Of a stretch of 64,000 nucleotides of DNA, positions 10,573 to 22,357 are shown one piece after another. The position numbers and the translations under genes are program-made. Below the pieces are notes generated by a model. That model was not told the DNA's origin, did no database searches, and was given only the letters and a program-made list of their open reading frames with translations. Source of the stretch: Lobosporangium transversale (taxonomy: Eukaryota); assembly GCF_002105155.1 (NCBI RefSeq), contig NW_019028995.1:372001-436000 (forward strand). Direction: 5' to 3'. The stretch's first letter is position 1, and each line of letters begins with the position of its first letter.

Positions 10573-10920
10573 CCAGAATATTTATCTTATCAAAGTCGTA
10601 CGTAGCCCAGAATATTTATCTTATCAAAGTCGTACGTAGCCCAGAATATTTATCTTATCAAAGTCGTACGTAGCCCAGAATATTTATCTTATCAAAGTCG
10701 TACGTAGCCCAGAATATTTATCTTATCAAAGTCGTACGTAGCCCAGAATATTTATCTTATCAAAGTCGTACGTAGCCCAGAATATTTATCTTATCAAAGT
10801 CGTACGTAGCCCAGAATATTTATCTTATCAAAGTCGTACGTAGCCCAGAATATTTATCTTATCAAAGTCGTACGTAGCCCAGAATATTTATCTTATCAAA
10901 GTCGTACGTAGCCCAGAATA
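10573..10920. repeat. Perfect 34-bp minisatellite, about 10.2 copies
   Basis: Unit CCAGAATATTTATCTTATCAAAGTCGTACGTAGC repeated head-to-tail with no spacers. Confidence 0.97.
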
Positions 10921-11668
10921 GATGTTGATATTCTTTATGCGATTCTGAGACTAAATAAAGGATTACAAACGATTTATCTATAATTGGAATATACTATGCC
11001 GCTTTACTTTGCACTTTTGTTGGTCGTATTCTTATAGGTTGTGGATGGTTCCCTGATGCTTTCTTTCATTTAGCGCTTGCATACATCTCTAGTGTTCCGT
11101 ACGCTATTAAGCATATAACGATGAGTTCAGTAATTAGGGACCTCTAATGTGTAGTTTGTTTCGGTATATATATAAACGATCATACTCATTGCTACGATGC
11201 ATAGCGCGCCGTACTACTACTCTCTTTCTTTTCTCTTTCTTCTATGTCCTTATCACTGTCCTTCTTTATTAAGAGCTCAAATGCCCTCGGTACTAAATTT
11301 TGTTTACCAAATTCACCAAAATACAATGGGTAGACCTCAGTTTATTTTGTGGGCAGTCTATCCTTTCACCCGTTTGTAACCCGAGAGAACTTATATTCTG
11401 ATAGTTGGTAACAGTTCGCACTCAAAGCCGATCGTGCCACAATTACCTATATCCCTCTATCTAAATAGCTAAAATACTTTAATAGCATAGCCGTGACTTA
11501 TAGTGATGGAAAAGAGGTATAAATACTCTTTTCTGTTGCGTTGATAAAGATCCTTATTTTTGTCTCATTACATTCCAGGCTTACTATCATCGTCTTTAGC
11601 ACGCAGTGTCGCATACTCAGCAGCACATGTAGATGCTCATTGCGTCTAGGGACTAGCTTCATATTGTA

Positions 11669-11943
11669 CAATCACCTGAAAGAAAGTTTGGTCAAAAAAA
11701 TAAAATTTTGAAATGGTTATGAAGAGAAGCACTGTCTTCAATCCTATTTCTTGCCGTTTTCCCTCAGCATGTACTGCCCACAAACCTCAGTGATTATCCA
11801 CATTGGCCTCATTAATAAAAGCCTAAATTTCCATCTTGATTGGTGAAGTATTTTTGTATGTCACAAATGAGCTGTTTGTCAGAGATTTAAAATAAAAAAA
11901 TAATAAATAACCCACTTTGACCAGACTTTATTTCGGGTGACTG
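11669..11943. mobile_element. Tc1/mariner-type MITE
   Basis: Left end CAATCACCTGAAAGAAAGTTTGGTCAAA versus the reverse complement of the right end CAGTCACCCGAAATAAAGTCTGGTCAAA (4 mismatches in 28); TA on both flanks. Confidence 0.75.
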
Positions 11944-12646
11944 TAGAGCGGAATAGAGCGTGAAAAATATTTTGTAGATAGATGGTAAGCAGTAGAAAAG
12001 TAAGTGAGAATAAGATATGGGTCCACACACCACACCCATGGGGTATTTATTCATTTTCTGCTAGAGGGACTTATACCAGGTAACTACGTATCTATCTGTA
12101 GGATGACATAGGTTCGTTCTAAAAATTTCATATCAAAGATTTATCGCGTCTTTGTGTGGCGCGTTATTGCCACTAATTTCTACTGTTAATCTTTTTAGCG
12201 CATTAGTATTTTTCTTAATTTTTTTCTAGCTAGGCCATAATATTGCATACTATGAAATATGCAACAGAGCGCGATAAGTATCGCAGCTCCCACGGCGCTG
12301 CAACTTCCAACAGTAAAATAATTCCAGACTCCCCTCTACTCTAGATTCACCTTCGCTTATTTCCTTCGAAATAAAAAGCTAGAATCATGTAGGATACACG
12401 TTGCCGCTTGTAGATGAAATAAAGATCCCGTACAAATAACTTCATCCTATTCTTTTTAGAAATGCCTTGTTAAAATTCTTTATTATGTCGTTATCGCTAC
12501 ATAATGGACTGCATAAATTTATAAAATTACAGTAATAAAAACACAGTAGAATCATGGTATTATAGTCTTCGATTTCAGTGCGCCTTAGAAGTCTCTGTGC
12601 AACAACAGCAGAAAAAAAAAAAGGTTTAGAAATGAATAACTACTTG

Positions 12647-14416
12647 TCAAGTGTAGAAATCTGTCAGATGTCTGAACAGTGTAGTGTTATTACCTGGAAG
12701 AGGCTCATCTTTTTTTGGCCAAACCTTGTTCCTGTGGCGTAACATTTCCTCCCCCAAAAGAAAACCATATCGATTAAAAAACTCTTCAGGTAACTCCCAA
12801 CTGTGAGGATCGAGTGGGTGGCCATGGCACCTTGCTCCATTGATTAAAACTCTGCATAGATCTTCAACATCAAAACTTTTTTGATGCAAAATCATCTGCG
12901 CCCTTAATCTCGGACATGGAATCAAATCAATTCTGCTGTCATGTGGGAGAGCATAGACCTTGGGATCAATATTGGGATCTACTACAGGTGGTGCCGAAGC
13001 AAGTACCTGGATCTCAAGTTGCAGCCGCTTGCTCGGGATAACATTCTGCTTCAAGCCGTCATCCAGCCCCAGTGTGGGTGTAGCCATGTCAAATTCATTG
13101 CCGTCCTCATCCAAGATCGAGGTTGGATCAGTAGGAGAGCCAGCATCTATTGCAGTAGTGCAGTAAGTGATTGTGGCTTGAGCGGGCGCGATGACGGGAT
13201 CTCTAAGTGGAAGTGGAGGACGACGATGGTGATTGAAATGATCATGAAGTTGTTCCAAAAGAGGAACATCATTCACGATTTCCTGAGGGGTTGCCAAATC
13301 AGTACGGATAATCGATTGAAGAGTGCCAGGAGGGAAAAGGGATGACTGAAGTTCATCAAAAACGGACGCATGTTTTGTATACTCTGTTGCTCTCTTTGCT
13401 AGGTATGTTCCTGCCTCTGTGAAAAATAGTCGTGATGCTACAGGCGGCTCGCAGGTTGTAATAGATCTAACGGACTTCCCGTCGTCAGGTTCTAGCATAC
13501 AAACCAATGACGGTTCGTTACAAAGGATACCATCATTGATGGGGAATAATGTAGCGTTGTCTGGATCCATTGCTTGATCCACAGGTTCATTCATTAAGGT
13601 TGAGGAGACAGTTCTTGTTGATACAGGAGATGAAGAGTAGGAAGAGATATTTTCGAAGGCAGAGTTGGTAGGGGACGTAGTTGGAAGAGTAGCAGAAATG
13701 GTGGATTTGGGACTCGATGGCAAAGAAGTTGGTATAATAGCAGTAGTTGAAGTAGAAGGAGGGGAAACAGAATCAGGAGATACTGGCGCTGTAACCGGAG
13801 CGCTGACAACCTTTTGATGCAATAGCTGCTGCGATTCCTCTGCTAAGACTTGGAGAGGGAGATGGCCATTAGGAAGGAATATCGATGGTGTTGTGGGCAT
13901 TGGTGTCCGTTGCTCCTGGCTCGACGATATTGTGTCTGAAAGCTGTTTCCGCGCATGTCTGTCGTAATGACGACGATAGAACTCAGCCTTGACTTCCTGC
14001 AATATCGCCATATTTCCACCTTTATGTAATGTCGTTTCAAACGAAAAGACAACATGGCGCAGATAGTAGTTCTCGCTTTGAAGCGATTCGACAGTAGTTT
14101 TAAACTGTTGAGTGTCCTGTTGAATCCGCATATTCATTTGAGAGTTCTTTTCTTGAAGGTCTTTAATCATTGCTTCCATTTCCTGAAGATGCCTCTCTTT
14201 ACGGTCACGAAACGCACGCTGAGCGGCTCTATTTTGCTCCTTCCGCACCGCAGGCGATGCAGGATTAGGCTTGCGGCCAGGTTTTCTTCTTACTTTTGCT
14301 GATGGTTCAGATGATGAGGTGTGATTACTACTGGCGGAGTCCGAATATCGAGTCCCAAGTGTTTTGCGACTGTCTGCATCCTCGTCTATTGTAGCATTAT
14401 GTTTAGGGGACTTCAA
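12647..14416 (-). CDS. bZIP transcription factor (AP-1/Yap-type basic region, C-terminal DUF3425-like domain); true start uncertain
   Basis: RKEQNRAAQRAFRDRKE followed by a zipper; C-terminal IDLIPCPRLR...DPHSWELPEEFFNRYGFLL. The ORF opens on TTG, so an upstream exon is possible. Confidence 0.85.
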   Translation of the reverse strand: MKSPKHNATIDEDADSRKTLGTRYSDSASSNHTSSSEPSAKVRRKPGRKPNPASPAVRKEQNRAAQRAFRDRKERHLQEMEAMIKDLQEKNSQMNMRIQQDTQQFKTTVESLQSENYYLRHVVFSFETTLHKGGNMAILQEVKAEFYRRHYDRHARKQLSDTISSSQEQRTPMPTTPSIFLPNGHLPLQVLAEESQQLLHQKVVSAPVTAPVSPDSVSPPSTSTTAIIPTSLPSSPKSTISATLPTTSPTNSAFENISSYSSSPVSTRTVSSTLMNEPVDQAMDPDNATLFPINDGILCNEPSLVCMLEPDDGKSVRSITTCEPPVASRLFFTEAGTYLAKRATEYTKHASVFDELQSSLFPPGTLQSIIRTDLATPQEIVNDVPLLEQLHDHFNHHRRPPLPLRDPVIAPAQATITYCTTAIDAGSPTDPTSILDEDGNEFDMATPTLGLDDGLKQNVIPSKRLQLEIQVLASAPPVVDPNIDPKVYALPHDSRIDLIPCPRLRAQMILHQKSFDVEDLCRVLINGARCHGHPLDPHSWELPEEFFNRYGFLLGEEMLRHRNKVWPKKDEPLPGNNTTLFRHLTDFYT

Positions 14417-16208
14417 TTGTCAATGATTGTAGACTGCAAAATGAAAGGAAAAAATGTTCGCTGTAGTATATATTTCACCTGAAGAATTGACTGTACTAGA
14501 GTACAGCCTTTTGTCCTTGCGATCAAATTGCTGTTGAATGATGCGGAGTTGTGGTAGTGGCCGCATTGTCGAGGTCATTTCTGAGACAAAACAATCGAAC
14601 CGAGCACAAATAAGTAGAAAGTAATATAGTGAGCAATGGAATGGAGCAAATGGAGAGTTGTCCCTCGTCCTGATGCTGGCTCCTTCGGACTAGAACTGGA
14701 GCGTTGACAGACAATAATAATAAATTGAATAATGAAATTCTTATATTAATAGAGAAGACTGATTATCGAATTTTGACCTGATTAACTAAATAAGAGCCAT
14801 GGAAGGAAGTAATTACCATCATGAAATCAATCTGCCGAAAAACAAAAAAAGAGCGTGCGCAACTCAATGTGTCAGTCACGCTGGGCGCATTTCTGGAGGA
14901 TAGCTTTCTTCGCTTGCAATTAAGGGATATTCTCCATGTGGAGTAAAGGTTAGAGAGCCTGTTGTCAATTATCCAATGATATTCGACAACGACAGATTCT
15001 GTCCTTTTTAAAGTATTTGTATACATGAATACATATTTGTTCACAATAAATATACAAATATATATATCTATGTAAAATATAGGTGTTAGAACCCTGTTTT
15101 GCGTATTGGAAATCCATTTACGAGCAAATCAATATGTGCGACATGTATACTTGTTGTTTGCAGCTGGCGGAAAAAACACCACGCGGAAGATGGGGGTACA
15201 GAGGAAGATTCGAATGGCTCTCATTTGTCATTCTTTACGTATATATATAATAATATTAAAAGTGGATAGTAGCCAGCAGGGACCTATGCACAAATGCGTC
15301 CATTACTTTTCAACACAACCACTTCTGGGCAACTATGCTTTGAAATGTGGCTTTTTTGGAATTTCAGACCCAGGCTGGAGAGTCTTGCCAAGTAGGTAAT
15401 GTGAATAATATAGAATATGCTATATGCATCGATGCTCCTCTCTCTTTACTTCTCTTCTCCATACTCCATTCCATCACAAGAAGAAAGTTCCAATAAGCTT
15501 TTTATACCACGCGTTTTTGTCCCTGAACATGTTCTCCTGTAATCCAGCGATCCAAAACTATGCTGAATACATGCATTTGTGTACATGTTATATTTTCGAG
15601 TTAAACAGTTTTATTTTTATAAAATTTCTTACAAAGACAAAAAATAAAATAGTAGATTATAAGTCCATGAGGCTGCTCCAGTAGCCAATCACTTGGCTCA
15701 TCGAAAGAAGTGGAGACTGTTTGTCCTCTTTCCCGTCAAGGTCAAGAAGATGGAGGACAGTTCTGGTCACTCGACCTCTCCTTTGGCTGGCCTGAGTTAG
15801 TACTAAAAAACTCTTTTCCCCAGCCTTCACGCCTCTTTTTTAAATATTTTCTTATGAGGCACATTTTCTTTCTCTTCATCCATCACATCATCCATCATCT
15901 CCTTCCTTTCTTCTTTCTTTCCTTCAGATCAGTTCATTTATTTAAATACTCATTATTTTCCTTCGGTCTCTGTCTAATCCATTTCTTTTGTGCCATCTCC
16001 ACATCACTTTCCCTTCTCTTCCGTACACAAACTTTCCCCTTTCTCCACAACAGACAAACACGTTTTTACACAAAACATTCATAATATAGTCCCACACATT
16101 CAAATACACCAAAATTTTCCCTCTTTCTCTCTCACGCACCCTTTTCTCTATTCCTTTTCTCTCTTGACACCTGAATCAGTTCTCCGCATCCAGCCATAAC
16201 GTGCAACC

Positions 16209-17592
16209 ATGAACATGTTTAATACCGATTCAGGGTTCAGACCGCCATCCCCTTTGAACTTTGCTCCGCCCAGTCATGGCCTCTTTGGCGAGTCTCTTCC
16301 TTATGATGGTAAGTAGCTTATGCTAATGCTCCATAAATGGGTACATTTTCGTGATGTAAACTGTACTAACTTACTTTTTCCCTTCATGCCCACTTCTAGA
16401 TTTTAAACTGTCAAATCAGGATTTTCTCAACCTGCCCGCTTCTCCATCTACATTGACAAGCGACCCATCCATGTCGCTCTTCAACCCTTCTGAACAGCGC
16501 TACTTTTCAGAGTTCCTCGATACCTTGGTCGTCGACCAGGACTTCACTTTTGACCCGAGCTCAATACCTAATCTTCCCAATCTGCCTCTCTTCACCTCCG
16601 AAACCATGCCCAACGGGTTCAATCTTGAAAACAGCAGCAACAGCAGCTCCTCCTTTCTCACCGGAGGCTCTATCTCTTCCTCTTCATCGTCATCATCATC
16701 TCTTGGCTCAACCCAGAGTATGATGAATGCCAGCACTATGGATTTCGAGTTGGTCTCGCCTTCATCCCAATCTAGTTTTAGTGGTTCGCATTCTTTTCCT
16801 TCTCATTTTAGCTATAATGGTGCTGTCGATGGCGTTGAATCCCCAGCTTCACCCGCGTCTCCTTCCTCTTCATCTGCCTATACCAACCCTAGTAAGCGAA
16901 AGCCAACCAAGAGCGCAGAGGCAAGACGGACAGCCTCTATCAACCAAGAATCCAGCAAAATTTCGACACCAATCCAGCAACTTTCAAAACTCTCACTTAA
17001 TAGCAACAGCAATCCTAGTATAATCAATACCAACAATCCAACCAATGGATCTTCCAATCCGAAGAAGAATAAACGGGATGAGGACGAACATCCCGCATCA
17101 TCTACCTCGCCCACCTTGGTCTCTTCACCTTCACGAGCACGACGAGAGTTGGTGGAAAACAGGCGAGAGAGAAACACATCAGTCTCGGATGGATCAGTCT
17201 CAGATACTGTTACGACAATCACAGCTCCGGCTACGGCAAAGCGTAAGCCTTATAAGGAGTTGTTGACAGAGGAGGAGAAACGTGCCAACCATATTGCCTC
17301 CGAGCAGAAGCGTCGAAATACAATTCGTAATGGATTCAAAGATATGACCGACATCATTCCAGATCTCAAGGATGTCAACAGCTCCAAATCAACGATTTTA
17401 TTCAAGGCTGTCGATTTCATCAAGCATTTGGAGCGCCAGAATCGTATGCTGCAAGAGAAGGCCAGCAGACTTGAGATGAGACTTGTGAATCAAAGAAATG
17501 AGACTAATGGTGGAAGTGTCATTGGCTCTGGACTGGATGATCAGCGGTTGCAGGACATCCCTCACATTTATCCGGTCCCATGTAGCCGGTAA
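16209..17592 (+). CDS. bHLH-zipper transcription factor (Ino4/MLX-like), 2 exons
   Basis: Exon 16209-16308, GT-AG intron 16309-16399, in-frame exon 2; KRANHIASEQKRRNTIR...SKSTILFKAVDFIKHL. Confidence 0.88.
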
Positions 17593-17788
17593 AGCTTACA
17601 CGTAGCAAACCAGTAACAGTGAACTTTTCTCTCTCACTCCTCCTTCACCTTTACTTTTTTTTTTAGTGGCTCTATTTTCAGATAGATCACTTGTAGCATT
17701 ATCGCCATGTTTCATTGTAATATAGCCCATATTTGTCAATCAATATCTATTTGATTTCTTTTTCAATCCAATATCCTTTCTTTTTTTT

Positions 17789-17825
<37 letters not shown>

Positions 17826-17944
17826 GAATAAATACCATGGTTTATTGCTATTGTTGTCATTTCTTTTTAGTATAGTACACCGTTTTATATTTACGCTACT
17901 CTATTACGTATTTTTTTTTTTTTTTTGCTAAAAGGTAGTTCAAA

Positions 17945-20141
17945 TCATATAATGGATGAAGACGCCTCGCTACGAGTAGGGATGAAAATATTCAAGGGCA
18001 CCTTGGAGTCACTGGCGTTGTTACTCTCTCTCAGATCTAGCACCCTTTTCGAGGACATTTGAGACGGCACTTGTTTCATGGCCAATGATTTAACCTGGGG
18101 CTGAGATAACTCCTTGGGGCTGATCTTGGCGACATCGGCATAGGTCTTGTCAAGGTCTATGGGATATTCATCCAATAGCTTATTCACGAAGATGTCAATG
18201 TTTCCCAGCACCTCTTCATCCATCTCCGGAAAGTTTTCCAGGTGGTTATCATCTCTGTACAGCGACAGATACGAACTTGTGCCATATCCTTCCATCGAGA
18301 CTAGAGATAGGTCTCCACCAAAATATCGAGCGATCAATCGTGATAGAGGCAGACCATGCCCAGATCGACTCAGAGGAAGGTTCAAGTAGCCTTTGGTCTC
18401 ATCGGCCAATCCGCTCGCGAGTGCGTTAGAATTTGGATCTGTAAGCAACATACCTACTCCCTGTTCATTCCCAAGTCGTTCATTTTCAGCCTTTGGTGTG
18501 ACTGAAGTGGCAAAGTGCATATAGCTCCAGATCTTGTCTAATTGTGACAAGGCTATCCCGCCGCCTTGATCTGTGATCTTGATTGTCACATCCTCACTAC
18601 CGTCAACTAGTGCCAGTGTGATGGGCGGTAGTTTTGAGCTAGTACCAAGACTTGATAGCTTAGACATTCCAAGCGAAATTGGGTTCCCATCCTTGCTCAA
18701 ATGTGTCTCACAAGTTGCTCTCATGGCATTCTTGAGAAGCTCAAAGATGGTTCGATGGAGAAAATCATCCACATAAGTCATGGTGATGTCTGGGTTAAAC
18801 GTCTGGATCAAGACGGATGGCGCCGGTTGTCCATAGTGTACGGAACAAACACGTTGAGCATCCTTGATAGCACGCTGTGAGGTCGAGAGCAGATTCACAC
18901 GCTGCGCTAAGTTTAACTCGTGATCGCGGAGCGCAAGTTGCTCACCTTCGTAAATGAAAAGGAGCCAGTTAATTTACAGTCATGATGTCACATAGGAACT
19001 TGGAATTTTGAATCAGACCCTACAAAAAATAAACAATAAACATATCCTTACCAATTAAAAGTTGAGTACTAAGGTTGATGGAATAAAATCTATCGAAATA
19101 GGCCTGGATATCCCTGTCCATTTGTGGATCAATGAGCAACCTTTTATTATCAGTAGTTGATTGCAGACTAGCTTTAGTCGAGGTAGCGTCATCTCGATAA
19201 TCTGTGAACTGAGCTTGGAGAGACTTCGTAAACTCTTTGAAACCCTGACTGAGAGCCAACATCTTGATTTTGTGTCGATGGCCTAGGTCTCGGAGCAACA
19301 TTGTAAACTCTTTCTCTAGCTGAGGGCTTGATGGCTTCGGCATCTGGACCAAAAGGCTAATAATATCATTTGTGGGTATGTCACCGATGAATTCATATAG
19401 TTCATCAGCAAGTAAAACAGGAGGTGTAAAAGTATGTTAGAGCGGTTTTAGTAAAGCTTAAAGGACTGAACGTGGAAAACTGGATCAGTTACTCCTAATA
19501 GTAATAAAAGATGGTCATTCGGCTGGTATTCCTTGTCCTACTGCTCTGTTGTATGAGATCATCTTTTTTTTCTTCCACTCTGCAGTATCTTTCCCTTCCC
19601 GATCCAATTCTTTTTCTAAAAATTAAGGCAAACAAGTGCATAAAATACATTGAAGGAACAAACCTAATGTCTTCCAAGTAGGACCTGGCGATGTTCTGAA
19701 AGGTCGGCATCTCTGACATATTAGTCCCCAGCAGTTTTGAGTTCAACATGCTGAGGGCATGCGACAGACGGATAGGGAGTTCTCGATGTAAGAACACTGC
19801 AGGGATGACCAACGCGTCTTGATTATTTGACGCGAGGACATGTCTAATGAACAGAACAAGTCATATGAGTATTTGCTTCAAGACAAAAAGTCAGAACAGT
19901 GAGATTCTTTCTTTGTCTTTTTACTTCCTCTCATTACCGTCCAAGTGTGTATATTTGTTTGAGCTTATATCAAACAAAAAAAAAAAAAAAAAAAAAAAAA
20001 GATTGAACAAAATAGATTCGTTAGAAACTAAATGCGTAGGGATATTGTTATACTCAAGGAAGAAGCCCTTACAGACAATCGAGTCGCTTTGAAGCGACAC
20101 AGTTTAATGATAAGAGCAGCCTGAGTTTTATTCATAGGCAT
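17945..20141 (-). CDS. Mitochondrial alpha-ketoacid dehydrogenase kinase (PDK/BCKDK family), multi-exon
   Basis: FLHRELPIRLSH, FELLKNAMRAT (N box), IKITDQGGGI (G1), GLPLSRLIARYFGGDLSLVSMEGYGT; first exon boundaries approximate. Confidence 0.85.
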
Positions 20142-20697
20142 TAAGTTTTTTTTTTTTTTTTTGGATTGTTATAGAAGAGAGAAAGAGAGAGTGTGTGTAA
20201 ATGTAAGTCTGTGTTGTGTCCGTCTAAAGTAGGGCTAAGGAGTGATAAACGCGAATACCATTCGGTGGCGAAGGGTTGGAGGACGAATAAGAGAGAGAGG
20301 AAAAGATAATCATGAACATTGCACGAGAGACAAAGGATTGAGCCAAGCTAGGTTGGAAGAAAAAGAAAAAGGCGATAAAGAGAAGATGCGAAATTTCGGC
20401 CGAAGTAACGAAGCGCCAAATGTAAGCAAGAGAAGATTGAAGTGACTGAGACAGCGGAAGCGAAGGCTACGGAAGAAAGAAAGAAAAATGAATAAAATGT
20501 TTCCAGCCGAATAGAAGGAACCGGAACCAGTGAGACATCTGTGGGGTATCAGGCAACTCTTTACTCTTTTTCAACCAACAGTTAATCAGATTAAGCGTTT
20601 ATAATGATTATACGCGAGTGCGCAGATTTATATATTACAAAAGCGAAGGGGGAAAGTATATACTATTAAAGGAATAATATGGAGACGGTGATTGATT

Positions 20698-21516
20698 TTA
20701 GAAGAGGAATGCAGAAACACCGACTGCAGTTGCCAGGACCAACGTCTTGACAAAAGAGTTAGCGACTATACCGGCATCGCTGTTGAAGCCTTTGCCATGG
20801 TCAGAGTGATCACTGGTGGAAGTGGGTTTAGAAGGTACTGTAGTGGTTCCAGTGCCGTTGCCAGGGTTGGGTGCAACATACTTGAGGTCGCAGAAAGGTG
20901 CAAACTTGGTATTGGAGCACATAGTATTGTAAGAAGGGCACTGCTTCATGTCAGGCATATCGAGGCACAATCCCTTCCATGCCTTAACTTCGTCACAATT
21001 GCTGTAGCCGGATGCTTCAGGCGTGGGGCAAATCTTACAATCGGTCATCATGGGCATCTCCTGACAGATAGAATAAACAGTTCCAGTCACGGTCTTACCA
21101 GAAGGAAGACCGGGGAATGCAGGCTGACCTTTACATGCAGGAATGAGAGAGTTGGCGGCACAAAATATAGAGTAGCTCTTTGAGCAAACAGTACCAGTGA
21201 GAACTGCATCCTCCGTTGGGATGCAGAGCGAGGCCAAGATAGTCATTGGTGCACAATAGGTGGTACTCAGCTTAGAATCAGCTGTGCAGGCAGCGTTGAG
21301 TGAGCATCCAGGCAAGAACGAGTTGATAGCACAGATCTCCTTGATAGCATCCGTAATGGTTGCATTTGGTACAACAAATGTTGAACATACGGCATCAGTG
21401 GGAGTAGCCAAGCAGCCAGAAGGAGCAGTGGCTGGGGGATCGTGAGGATGACCATCATGAGCAGTAGCGGAGGCGACGAAGACTGAGGCAACGGCGAAGA
21501 GCAAAGAGGAGCGCAT
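20698..21516 (-). CDS. Secreted, probably GPI-anchored Cys/Met-rich protein, paralog of the neighbouring Ctr ectodomain
   Basis: Signal peptide ending SATA, mature N-terminus HDGHPH, LPGCSL, ICQEMPMMTDC and LCLDMPDMKQC motifs, Ser/Thr linker, hydrophobic C-terminus. Confidence 0.85.
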   Translation of the reverse strand: MRSSLLFAVASVFVASATAHDGHPHDPPATAPSGCLATPTDAVCSTFVVPNATITDAIKEICAINSFLPGCSLNAACTADSKLSTTYCAPMTILASLCIPTEDAVLTGTVCSKSYSIFCAANSLIPACKGQPAFPGLPSGKTVTGTVYSICQEMPMMTDCKICPTPEASGYSNCDEVKAWKGLCLDMPDMKQCPSYNTMCSNTKFAPFCDLKYVAPNPGNGTGTTTVPSKPTSTSDHSDHGKGFNSDAGIVANSFVKTLVLATAVGVSAFLF

Positions 21517-21645
21517 CTTTCACTTGTTTCGTTTGTTTTGGGTTATGGTTGGTGAGTTGTTGTTAGATCTTGTGCAAAAGAAAGGAAGAGATGAATGAAA
21601 ATAGAGAAAAATGCTGAAGTGGTCATGGAATGGAGGAGGACGACA

Positions 21646-22280
21646 CTTTTATACCGAAATCCTTGGTTTAATATTTGCTCTCAAGATGACAGACATAGAT
21701 GAATGTCAAGGGGTGTTTAATATCTTGATGGATTTGACAGGTGGTGTGGGCTTCTGTTAAAAGTCGCAAAAATGCTCTCATTCTTGGTGTGATAATTTGC
21801 TTTTATTGAATTGGAGTGAGTATATACAACATATGAAAAAAAAAAATGACAGTTGAATGTTTGACATACCGAAGAGGTACTCGTTTTCCTGGGTCCTCAA
21901 TTTTCCTGATGTTCCATTTTGACAAACATCAGCCTGTTTATTTTTGTGGACGCACTCTTTTTGACAGGTGAAACCGGCATGCATCCATCTCTCAGTTGTT
22001 CAACTGTCATTATTTTGACATTTTCTTCTTCTTCCTTTATTCCCCCCTTTCTTTTTTCCTTCACTGCGTTATTCCTGTCTCTTTATTTACATATATTATA
22101 TAATACTCTTTCTATTCCCCCTAGATTTCCCTGTCTTTTTCTATTTTCTTCTTTAATAGTTGTAGTTATTCCTGTTGTTCTCATTGCTTATTCATCTGTA
22201 CATCTCTTTCGTGGCGTTTTTGACATTCAAGATCATTCCACTTTTTTTTTTTTTTTTTTTTTTTTTTTGGCGGTATAAAA
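21646..22280. promoter_or_regulatory. Bidirectional promoter with clustered TTTGACA motifs
   Basis: TATAAAA on the minus strand near 21647-21653 and on the plus strand near 22274; TTTGACA at 21733, 21860, 21918, 21960, 22014 and 22219; TGTCAA at 21704; TTTGCTC at 21674. Confidence 0.65.
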
Positions 22281-22357
22281 CCAAGTCCTTTTCGAATTCT
22301 CTTTGAACCCAAATTCTTGTTCATTTAATTCACTCCCTTTAAAAAGAATAGTAAGGA

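Noticed and set aside
10573..10920. CRISPR array (34-bp repeats)
   Set aside because: Units are contiguous with no unique spacers, there are no cas genes, and the context is eukaryotic.
21733..22225. TTGACA as bacterial sigma70 -35 boxes from transferred DNA
   Set aside because: No consistently spaced -10 boxes were seen, the motif occurs in both orientations, and the genes have eukaryotic TATA boxes and secretion signals.
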